From Ignavibacteriota bacterium (GTDB lineage Bacteria > Bacteroidota > Ignavibacteria > UBA10030 > UBA6906): DNA of 64,000 nucleotides. Shown here piece after piece: positions 38,173 to 46,327 of the stretch. Location: assembly GCA_963801355.1 (NCBI GenBank), contig CAWDEM010000008.1:1888001-1952000 (forward strand), given 5' to 3'. The translations under genes were made by a program, and so were the position numbers. The notes under the pieces were generated by a model, which was given only the letters and a program-made list of their open reading frames with translations, had not been told where the DNA came from and ran no database searches. How positions within the stretch are numbered: position 1 is the stretch's first letter; each line of letters opens with the position of its first letter.

Positions 38173-40275
38173 TTACGCGGGGCCGATCCAGCGCAGCACC
38201 ACGAGGGTCAGATCGTCGTGTGGAGCGCCATGATCGATGAATGTATCCACGGATTGCAGCACTTCCTGTTTGATGTCGGCGGCGGTCCGGCTGCGTAACT
38301 GGCGTGTGATACTGAGCAGCCGCTCGTAGCCGAACTCTTCTCCGTTCTGGTGCGCTTCCGTGACACCGTCGGTATAGAACAAACACACGTCTCCCGGATA
38401 CAGCTGAAGGGACTGTTCCTCGATTGCTCCGGCGAACAGTGCCCCTTCACCCAACCCCAGACCCATGCCGTCAGGTCTGACATAGTCGGCACTCGACACA
38501 CTCGCATACAGCATCGGACAATGTCCGGCACGCGCAAGCGTCAAGAGTCCGGTCCCGAGATCCAGGATTGCGTAAATTAAGCTAACGAATGAGTGTTTGT
38601 CAATAGACCCCGCGAGGACCTTATTGGCCTCTATCATAAAGTCACGCGGCGAGTCGTACTGGGCGCCCAGCGACAGAAAGATCCCCTTCACTTCAGACAT
38701 GTAGAACGCTGCAGGCACTCCCTTGCCGGAGACGTCCCCGACGATGATGCCGAGCCGGTTGCCGGGCAGATCGATGAAATCATAATAGTCCCCTCCCACT
38801 TCGAACGCGGGGGTCGACACCGCATCGAGATCGATGGAGGGATGGGCCGGTAGCACCTGTGGCAGCAGCTTTCTCTGCATCTCCTGCGCGAGTGTCATCT
38901 CCCGGACCAGCCGCTCGCGTTCAATCGATTTCTTGATCAGGCGTGAGTTTTCGATCGCCACGGTCGCCTGGTCGGCGAACGTCGAGATCACATCGATATC
39001 ATCCTTCACGAAACCGAATTCGGTGGACTTCGTCACATACAGAAATCCGAGTGGTCCGACATGGGACACGAGGGGCACGACGACCAGAGAAGCGATCGTG
39101 CCGGACGCAACACGTTGTTGTCCCAGGCGGGGATCACCGGCAAGCGCGTCAATCACCAGCGGTTTCCGGTCGGCCAGCACGCGTGCACGGAGCACACCCA
39201 ATCCTGCCGCGTGGAGGTCTTCAACCTCCCGGGCGGAAATATTTTGCAGGGAGACAATATTCACCAGCAATGACCCGGTACGGACCACGCCGGTCTCCCC
39301 TCCGTCGTCCAGGGAGATGATTTCCAGCCAGCAGCTCTGTGCTTCGCACACCTGCAACGTCATCGCAGTCACCGTCTCCACGAGCTCATTGAAATCAAAT
39401 ACCTGGGTCACAAGCTTACTGAGTGTGTGGATTGACGACACTTCCGAACGCTTCCGGTCGAATGCATCCGCCGTCGGCAAATGGAAGAGCGTACTCACAA
39501 ACGCCATCCCGAAATAGATGTTGCTGAAGAGGAGCGAGAGGGCGACAAATTTCTGCAGGGCCGGTGAGTAATAACTGACCCCCTGGGACAGCAGGGTGTT
39601 CTGACTCAGGATTACATTCAACGTCGTCAGAAACGCGAACAGAAAGAACGCATACACAAGGGAGAGCACTTTCTCCCGTCTGGTCAGGTAGACGATCCAG
39701 GGAAGGCGGAAGGCATTCACGACTCCGGCAGCGATGGCGAGACCATAGAGAATGGAGGTCACGACGCTCGAATCCAGCGGCCGCATTGCGAGCGTCGACA
39801 GCGCAGTAATCAGGATGAGGAACACCAGGACACGGAAATTACGAAGCGTCCACTTCCTCCGGTACTGGAGGACGAGGTCGCGGATCAGCCTCAGGTTCAG
39901 GACGGCAAAGAAACCGACGAGAATACTGACTACCGACGAGAGAAACAGGGTGGCAAAATCCTGCGGCGTCAGCGTGAGATCTTTGGCTTCGAATCCCCTG
40001 GCTGACAGTGAGGAAATCAGCAACACCAGCGTGAGCACCAGAATTGCCCCGATGAGCAGCACGCCGAGCCGCCGGACGGGATGCGGCGTCTGTGCCGGAA
40101 GACTGAGGTCGAGCGCCCGGAAAAGGAGCAAGAACGCACCGGCCGTCACCAGCTCGCGGATGAAGGGCACGCCCGCCAGATCCAACGACACACTCATCAT
40201 GATCACGTCGAAGGCGAACTTCAACGTAAACAGAAAGAGCGCGGCAAAGACGAGCAGGAATGGTCGTAGCTTCAT
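38173..40275 (-). CDS. Membrane-anchored GAF-PP2C (SpoIIE-like) phosphatase
   Basis: Multi-TM N-terminus, GAF domain, VGGDYYD, GDVSGKG, YTDGVTE and HDDLT. Confidence 0.9.
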   Translation of the reverse strand: MKLRPFLLVFAALFLFTLKFAFDVIMMSVSLDLAGVPFIRELVTAGAFLLLFRALDLSLPAQTPHPVRRLGVLLIGAILVLTLVLLISSLSARGFEAKDLTLTPQDFATLFLSSVVSILVGFFAVLNLRLIRDLVLQYRRKWTLRNFRVLVFLILITALSTLAMRPLDSSVVTSILYGLAIAAGVVNAFRLPWIVYLTRREKVLSLVYAFFLFAFLTTLNVILSQNTLLSQGVSYYSPALQKFVALSLLFSNIYFGMAFVSTLFHLPTADAFDRKRSEVSSIHTLSKLVTQVFDFNELVETVTAMTLQVCEAQSCWLEIISLDDGGETGVVRTGSLLVNIVSLQNISAREVEDLHAAGLGVLRARVLADRKPLVIDALAGDPRLGQQRVASGTIASLVVVPLVSHVGPLGFLYVTKSTEFGFVKDDIDVISTFADQATVAIENSRLIKKSIERERLVREMTLAQEMQRKLLPQVLPAHPSIDLDAVSTPAFEVGGDYYDFIDLPGNRLGIIVGDVSGKGVPAAFYMSEVKGIFLSLGAQYDSPRDFMIEANKVLAGSIDKHSFVSLIYAILDLGTGLLTLARAGHCPMLYASVSSADYVRPDGMGLGLGEGALFAGAIEEQSLQLYPGDVCLFYTDGVTEAHQNGEEFGYERLLSITRQLRSRTAADIKQEVLQSVDTFIDHGAPHDDLTLVVLRWIGPA

Positions 40276-40278
40276 GCG

Positions 40279-41628
40279 TCACACTTTCATATGAAGCCAT
40301 GCCTTTGATCGGTATTTCAGGTAGACCGCAACGGAGTAGGAGATGATATAAACGGGCAGCGCCAGCCAGGCACCGACAATTCCCCACCCCAGGATGACTC
40401 CCAGCACATAGCAGACTGGCAGGAATATCACCCAATGTGTGAGCACTTCCACCAGCATCACGTACACCGTTGCTCCGGCAGCCTGCAGAGCGTGGGCGAG
40501 AACGATGCCGGAGGCATAGAAAATCTGTGCGGCGCCCGCGATCTGGAGGATCGGTCTGGCAGTGGCGGCCACCTCGGCGTTATTCGTAATGACACTGATG
40601 ACGGTTTCCGGCAGGAGAATGAACAACGCACCCAGGCACACGGTGAAGTATGTGGCCAACCGCGCGGTTTCCATTCCATACCGGTACGCCAACTTGGGCT
40701 GTCCATTTCCCATGCTCTGCCCCACCAGTGTCTGTGCGCCCGTCCCGAACCCGAAGCAGGGAAGAAACGATAGGAAAAGAGCAGTAATCACCACCTGCGA
40801 CGCCGCTTGTTCGGTTGTCCCGATGACGCCGTTGATGGAAGCAAAAACCAGGAAACCGAGGAGAATGAGAATATTCTGAAACGACACCGGCAGGGAGATT
40901 TTCACGATTTGCCGGATGACACCCTCGCGAATTCGCAAGCCGGAGTAATATTTATAGGTTTTTCGATAAAACGGCGTGAAAGTTGCAGCAACGAAATACA
41001 GGCAACCAAAGCAATTGCTGACTGCAGAGGAGAGTCCCGCGCCGGTCAACCCCATCGCCTGAACCCCGAAAGCGCCGAAGATGAAAATGTAGTTGAGAAT
41101 AATATTGGAAACGTTGATGATGATCGCCGAATACATAAAGATCTTCGTATGTCCGATGCCGTTGAAGAACCCCCGGTAGGAGACAACGAAGAGGAAGAAG
41201 ACGAGTCCGAGAAACCGCCACTGCATGTACCCCGTGCCGGCTACGGCGACTTCGCGACTGGCGGAGAAGAAATTGAGTATATCACCTGCGAAGAGGACGC
41301 CGGGAAGCCCGAACAGGATGCCGATGCACAGGGAAAGGAGGAGGGAATTATTCAGTACATCGCCCGCTCCGGTGAGATCCTTCTGTCCGGAACGGCGTGC
41401 AGTGAGAACGTGGGTGCCGGTAGCAAGACTGGAGAACGCACTCGTGATGGCCCAGGTCGCAAGAAGCCCGAGGCTCATGGCGGCGAGAACGACTTTGGTG
41501 TTTTCCAGGCGTCCCACCATGGCCGTCTCCACGACTGAGACGATCATTTGCGACGAGAGGCCCGCAACAGCGGGCGTGGTGATCCGAAGGACGTCGCGGG
41601 TAAGCGCTTTATCCGGTAACAGTCCCAT
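40279..41628 (-). CDS. MATE family efflux transporter
   Basis: About 12 TM segments; RGFFNGIGHTK, NIILNYIFIFG...MGLTGAG and LVGQSMG. Confidence 0.9.
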   Translation of the reverse strand: MGLLPDKALTRDVLRITTPAVAGLSSQMIVSVVETAMVGRLENTKVVLAAMSLGLLATWAITSAFSSLATGTHVLTARRSGQKDLTGAGDVLNNSLLLSLCIGILFGLPGVLFAGDILNFFSASREVAVAGTGYMQWRFLGLVFFLFVVSYRGFFNGIGHTKIFMYSAIIINVSNIILNYIFIFGAFGVQAMGLTGAGLSSAVSNCFGCLYFVAATFTPFYRKTYKYYSGLRIREGVIRQIVKISLPVSFQNILILLGFLVFASINGVIGTTEQAASQVVITALFLSFLPCFGFGTGAQTLVGQSMGNGQPKLAYRYGMETARLATYFTVCLGALFILLPETVISVITNNAEVAATARPILQIAGAAQIFYASGIVLAHALQAAGATVYVMLVEVLTHWVIFLPVCYVLGVILGWGIVGAWLALPVYIISYSVAVYLKYRSKAWLHMKV

Positions 41629-41670
41629 GTACTTTCGCCTTCGGTCCCGGAAATGCGCCGCTGTGTGGCG

Positions 41671-42361
41671 CTACACGGAGAACTGTGTAATGTATCGGTC
41701 AGCTTCTCGGCCGGCAGCCGTCGTCGGGTAGTTCTTCTTGATGCGTTTCAGGAGATCGACTGCCTTGCTCTTGTTGCCGGCCAGTGCGTAGTTGCGTGCG
41801 GCACTGTTCAGGTGCTCCGAAATCGTATCGTCCGTCGCGTCCTTGTCCGCCGCGCTCTCGAAATTCCCGGCCGCGTCTTCGTACTTCCCCATCGCTTCAT
41901 AACACGCTGCAATACCTGCGTAACGCGATGCTTTCAGAAGCGCATTGGACGGACTGCAGTCTTTGAACGCTTCGAGCGCTTCCTGGTACTTCCCGGTCTG
42001 GTAGTAGGCATCTGCGAGATAGAACCGCGCCATGATCACCAGCGGGTGTGCTGCCGTAATCTTCCACAATCTGCTTGAGCCCGACGAGATTGCGGTCCGG
42101 CACGCCGTCGATCGCCATCTGATACTGCCCGTTGTCCGAGAACTGGTTGATTGCGGCAAGCTTTGCAGTCGCTAAATCGTTGTTCTTAGCACGATTACTC
42201 AGGAAAATCATTGTTGCGGCAACCACGACGATCACCGCGGTAACACCGATACTGATCTGTTTCTTGTACTGATCGTAGAACCTGGTCACCTTCATATAGG
42301 TGGTGATCAGGGTATCCTGTTTCAGTTCTTTTTTCGATATCTTTTTCTTGGGTTTGAGCAT
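41671..42361 (-). CDS. Membrane-anchored TPR protein (YfgM-like), one extra base near 42035
   Basis: ORFs 41897-42361 and 41671-42159 join at YGSTPAG/MARFYLA; span is 691 nt = 3n+1. Confidence 0.8.
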
Positions 42362-42417
42362 GGTCTTGGACTTCCTACGCTACTCTGATGGCTGCGGATG
42401 GTTACGCTTTATACTCG

Positions 42418-42491
42418 TGCGCCTGTCGGGAGTCGAACCCGAAACCTTTGGCTCCGGAGGCCAACACTCTATCCAATTGAGCTACAGGCGC
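42418..42491 (-). tRNA. tRNA-Arg(CCG)
   Basis: GCGCCTGTAGCTCAATTGGATAGAGTGTTGGCCTCCGGAGCCAAAGGTTTCGGGTTCGACTCCCGACAGGCGCA. Confidence 0.97.
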
Positions 42492-42582
42492 GGGGTGGAT
42501 TACGCCGAAATAAGCCTAAATTTCGCTGAAATATAAGATAAGAAACAGCCTGAATGGATGCAAGCGATCACTGTGCAAGCGA

Positions 42583-44244
42583 TCACCGCTCGGGCTCCCA
42601 GCCTGAATGCGCCCAGATTAACCCCAACACGAAGACGAGGAGCACGACGCTGTAGGCCGCTGCACTGCCGATATTGAACATCCGCAACTGTGAGAAGATC
42701 TCCACTGAAATCGGACGTGAGGAGAATGAATACAGAAGAACAGAGGCCACGAATTCCCCTGCAGCCATGATCCCCGCAAGAAGCACGCCCGAGAGAACCG
42801 CAGGTCGGATGACGGGGAAGACAACTCCCCAGAACGTCCTCAACTGTGAAGCCCCGAGGGATCTGGCCGCTTCGGGAAGTGCGGGATCCAGGTTGTCCAG
42901 CGCAGCCGACGCAGGCTGCAAGACAAGTGGATATGTGCGAAGGACGTATGCGAGCGGCAGTATCCAGACGGTCCCCACGAGCACAAGATTCCCTGTCAAA
43001 GGGGTCAGACCCCCGAAGGCCTGAATCAGCGCGATCGCCACCACCGTTCCGGGCAGCGCGTACGGCGTGGAAAGCAGCATCCCCATGAAGCCGGCAGCCT
43101 TCATACGGCGATATCGATGCACACCCCATGCGATGCCCAGTCCGACGCCTCCCGAGACTACCATCGTAGCAAGAGCCATCCACGCACTGGTGACCACAGG
43201 CTCATACATGCGCGGATCATTCACAAAGTCTGCATAGTTTTGAAGCGTGTACTCCTGCGGCAGGATTTGCCATGTCCACGACCCCTCCTTTGCAAACGAG
43301 AGAAGCAGAATTACGAGGAACGGGAGCACGGACAGGCCGATAAGCAGGTACGCGGCGATGACGGCAACCCTCCGGAGCGTTGGAGGCAAAGTGAGTCGCA
43401 CCTGGCGCGCAACACCCTTCGTGGCTGTCCGCGCTCCATGTTCGCCTGCCGCCGTCCGCGCGAGGATGAAAAATACCAGGCAAACCGCGGCCAGCAGCAC
43501 CGACTGGGCGGCCGCAAGATCCAGATCACCGTTGAGCTTCGTGAGGTAGATCTGCAGCGTCAGGAACCGGCGTTCCCCTGCAAACAACAACGGCGCGGTG
43601 AACGATGCCATGCTCGCCATGAAGGTCAACACGGAGGCTCCCAGAAACGCCGGGCGCAATCCCGGAAGGAGGACTTGCAGGAACACTTTCCAGGGTCCGG
43701 CGCCCAAAGTGGACGCGGCCTCCAACTGTGCACCATCGAATTTCCGCAGCGCAGCCGCAATCATAAGATAGAAGTAGACGGAGAACGAATATGTGTGCAC
43801 GGCCAGAACGCCTCCGACTCCCGACAGCCCTGGAGTGCGAAACGCACCTCCGCTTATCTCATTCACCAATCGAGGTACGACGCCGGATTCTCCAAAGGCA
43901 AGCAGAATAGCAATTGCTCCTACCAGAGGGGGCAGCCCTACGGGTAACACCGCGAGACGGGCAAGGATCCCCCTCCCCGCAAAGTCCAGCTGTGTCAATG
44001 CAAGCGCCAGCATCGTGCCAACAACAGCACTGGTGATAACCGATAGCAGTGAAATGCCTACCGAGTTGACCACACTTTCGAGGTTGGCCCGATTGGAAGG
44101 GTCGAGCAGCTGGATGTAGCGCTGGACAGAGATCGATCCGTCGACGTCGAGACTCCGGAAGACCAGCATGGCAATGGGAAAGCCGACACATGCCACCAGG
44201 AACAGAACGAGGGCAAAGGCAGGTATCTTCCGCAGGGTACTCAT
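42583..44244 (-). CDS. ABC permease, FbpB/AfuB type
   Basis: Two EAA motifs (EAASTLGA, EAARSLGA); ATGA overlap with the upstream ATPase gene. Confidence 0.9.
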   Translation of the reverse strand: MSTLRKIPAFALVLFLVACVGFPIAMLVFRSLDVDGSISVQRYIQLLDPSNRANLESVVNSVGISLLSVITSAVVGTMLALALTQLDFAGRGILARLAVLPVGLPPLVGAIAILLAFGESGVVPRLVNEISGGAFRTPGLSGVGGVLAVHTYSFSVYFYLMIAAALRKFDGAQLEAASTLGAGPWKVFLQVLLPGLRPAFLGASVLTFMASMASFTAPLLFAGERRFLTLQIYLTKLNGDLDLAAAQSVLLAAVCLVFFILARTAAGEHGARTATKGVARQVRLTLPPTLRRVAVIAAYLLIGLSVLPFLVILLLSFAKEGSWTWQILPQEYTLQNYADFVNDPRMYEPVVTSAWMALATMVVSGGVGLGIAWGVHRYRRMKAAGFMGMLLSTPYALPGTVVAIALIQAFGGLTPLTGNLVLVGTVWILPLAYVLRTYPLVLQPASAALDNLDPALPEAARSLGASQLRTFWGVVFPVIRPAVLSGVLLAGIMAAGEFVASVLLYSFSSRPISVEIFSQLRMFNIGSAAAYSVVLLVFVLGLIWAHSGWEPER

Positions 44245-45302
44245 CGTCCGGGTTTTGAGAATAGCCTTGCCGACTGCCACTCAATATCCATCCCAACCTG
44301 TTGGCCTTCGGACCAGGGAAGCCGCGCCCTGGTGCCCGTCACAGCCGCTTGCAGGAGCAGCGCACCTGCACGGATCGTGAGCATGACACTTGCGCCGCGA
44401 AACTCGACGGATTCCAGCACACCCGGGAGGGATGCACCTTGCACATCGGACAGCACATCAATCATCTCGGGCAACAGGAGGACTTCCGCCGGCCCCTCCG
44501 GTATGTCCGTGGAAACATGGGGCAGTACAACGGGAAGATCGTTCAATCTCATTACATGAGTTGTCCCGTCCACGATCCCTTCGAGCACATTCTCCCAGCC
44601 CAGAAAGCGTGCCACGAATGGGCTTGCCGGCGCATAGTACAGGTCCGCCGGAATTCCCACCTGTTCGATGTGCCCTTCGCGTATCACGGCCACGCGATCC
44701 GAAATACTCAACGCCTCGGCCTGATCGTGCGTCACGTAGAGGGTGGTAATCCCTGTGCGCTTCTGGAGCGTGCGGATCTCCATCCGCGTGCGCTGGCGAA
44801 GTGTGACGTCAAGGTTGCTTAGCGGCTCGTCAAACAGGAGCACGGCGGGTTCGATAACCAGGGCGCGGGCAACCGCGACACGTTGTTGCTCGCCGCCGCT
44901 CAAGCTCGCGACGTTCGCATGCTTCCTGTCGACAAGAGAAACGCGGGTGAGTGCTTCATCCGTTCTTCTCGCCACCTCACCGGGGGAAACCCCGCGAAGC
45001 CGGAGACCGAAAGAGACATTTTCCTCAACGGTCATATGGGGAAAGAGCGCATAGTTCTGGAACACCAGGCCGACTCCGCGGTTCTGCGGCGGAAGGCCTG
45101 TGATGTCGCGTTCCCCCAGCATTACCGTGCCGCTGTCGGGGCGTTCGAGGCCTGCCGCGATGCGCAGCAAGGTCGATTTGCCGCTGCCACTCGGTCCGAG
45201 CAGTGAAAAGAATTCCCCGGCACGAATGTCCAGATCAACGGCATCCACGGCTTTCCGCCCGCCGAACTGTCGTGATATTCCGTGAAAGGTCAGCCCTGTC
45301 AT
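44241..45302 (-). CDS. ABC ATPase, FbpC/PotA type
   Basis: GPSGSGKS, FQNYALFPH, LSGGEQQR and VTHDQ. Confidence 0.93.
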   Translation of the reverse strand: MTGLTFHGISRQFGGRKAVDAVDLDIRAGEFFSLLGPSGSGKSTLLRIAAGLERPDSGTVMLGERDITGLPPQNRGVGLVFQNYALFPHMTVEENVSFGLRLRGVSPGEVARRTDEALTRVSLVDRKHANVASLSGGEQQRVAVARALVIEPAVLLFDEPLSNLDVTLRQRTRMEIRTLQKRTGITTLYVTHDQAEALSISDRVAVIREGHIEQVGIPADLYYAPASPFVARFLGWENVLEGIVDGTTHVMRLNDLPVVLPHVSTDIPEGPAEVLLLPEMIDVLSDVQGASLPGVLESVEFRGASVMLTIRAGALLLQAAVTGTRARLPWSEGQQVGMDIEWQSARLFSKPGR

Positions 45303-46324
45303 CGTGCCTGCCGCCCCCGTCCTTTTACCTCTTCATCCCAGAGCTTCATCCATTCCTGTTCTCTTGCGGCAATCGACCGCCAGTCGACGTCCATGGATTT
45401 CACGTGCAGTCCGGCTATCCAGGCGGGCAGCAGGGAGGCAGGAATGTCACCGCGCGCCGGAATGCGGAAGAATCGCTGGGCCTGGATGACCGTGTTTTCG
45501 ATGGATGTCACGTACTCATAGAACGACACCGCCGCGGCGCGGTGCCGGGCTCCCTTGACCAGGGCGATGCCATCGGTGATCACCGGAGTGCCGCTGGCAG
45601 GAATGCTGTATGCGAAGGGGTACCCATGCTCGCGGGCCTGAATAACCACGTCGGGAAGATCCCAGATGGTCACCACTCCCTCTTCGCGTGCGATTTTCAG
45701 GTAGAGTTGTGTCGGGTCGGCCGCATACGACCGCGTGTTTGCATCCAGCGCACGCAACCACCGGAGTCCCGCATCAGTACTGCCGCTGCGCCGCAACTCC
45801 CGCTCGATGATCGCAGCAAACATCGTCCGCATTGTCCCCGAGGCCAGGGGGAGCCTGATGATGATCCGATCCTGCCAGCGTGGCGCGAGCAAATCATCCC
45901 AATCTCGGGGCGCATCCGCGCTGTCCACGACACGGGAGTTGTACATGATCACTTCCGGCAGCAATGCCGTGCCGTACCAGAACGACTTCGCACTTTTTGC
46001 CTCTGCCGTGACCGCACCGCCCCAGGAAGGCACATACGGATCCAACAAGTCTTCCTTCTCCGCCCGGTCAAAGAGAACCATCGGTCCACCCCACCAGAGA
46101 TCAGCCTGCGGATTCCCTCTCTCGGTGCGAACGCGATCCAGCGCATCCTGCGATCCCATGTCCAGCCACTGGACGTCATACTCCGGGTGGACTGCTTCGT
46201 AGCGTTCTTCGAATTCGCGGAGCAGCTCTTTGCCATGGGGGGAATAGACGACAATCGGTTCGCGGGCGGTTCCGCCGCAACCGAGAAGGAACACCAGTGT
46301 GCCGATCGCCGGAAGTTGACGCAT
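45299..46324 (-). CDS. ABC substrate-binding lipoprotein, FbpA/AfuA type
   Basis: Lipobox LLGC, VVYSPHG, NPQADLWWGG and PRDWDDLL. Confidence 0.88.
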   Translation of the reverse strand: MRQLPAIGTLVFLLGCGGTAREPIVVYSPHGKELLREFEERYEAVHPEYDVQWLDMGSQDALDRVRTERGNPQADLWWGGPMVLFDRAEKEDLLDPYVPSWGGAVTAEAKSAKSFWYGTALLPEVIMYNSRVVDSADAPRDWDDLLAPRWQDRIIIRLPLASGTMRTMFAAIIERELRRSGSTDAGLRWLRALDANTRSYAADPTQLYLKIAREEGVVTIWDLPDVVIQAREHGYPFAYSIPASGTPVITDGIALVKGARHRAAAVSFYEYVTSIENTVIQAQRFFRIPARGDIPASLLPAWIAGLHVKSMDVDWRSIAAREQEWMKLWDEEVKGRGRQAR

Positions 46325-46327
46325 CGC

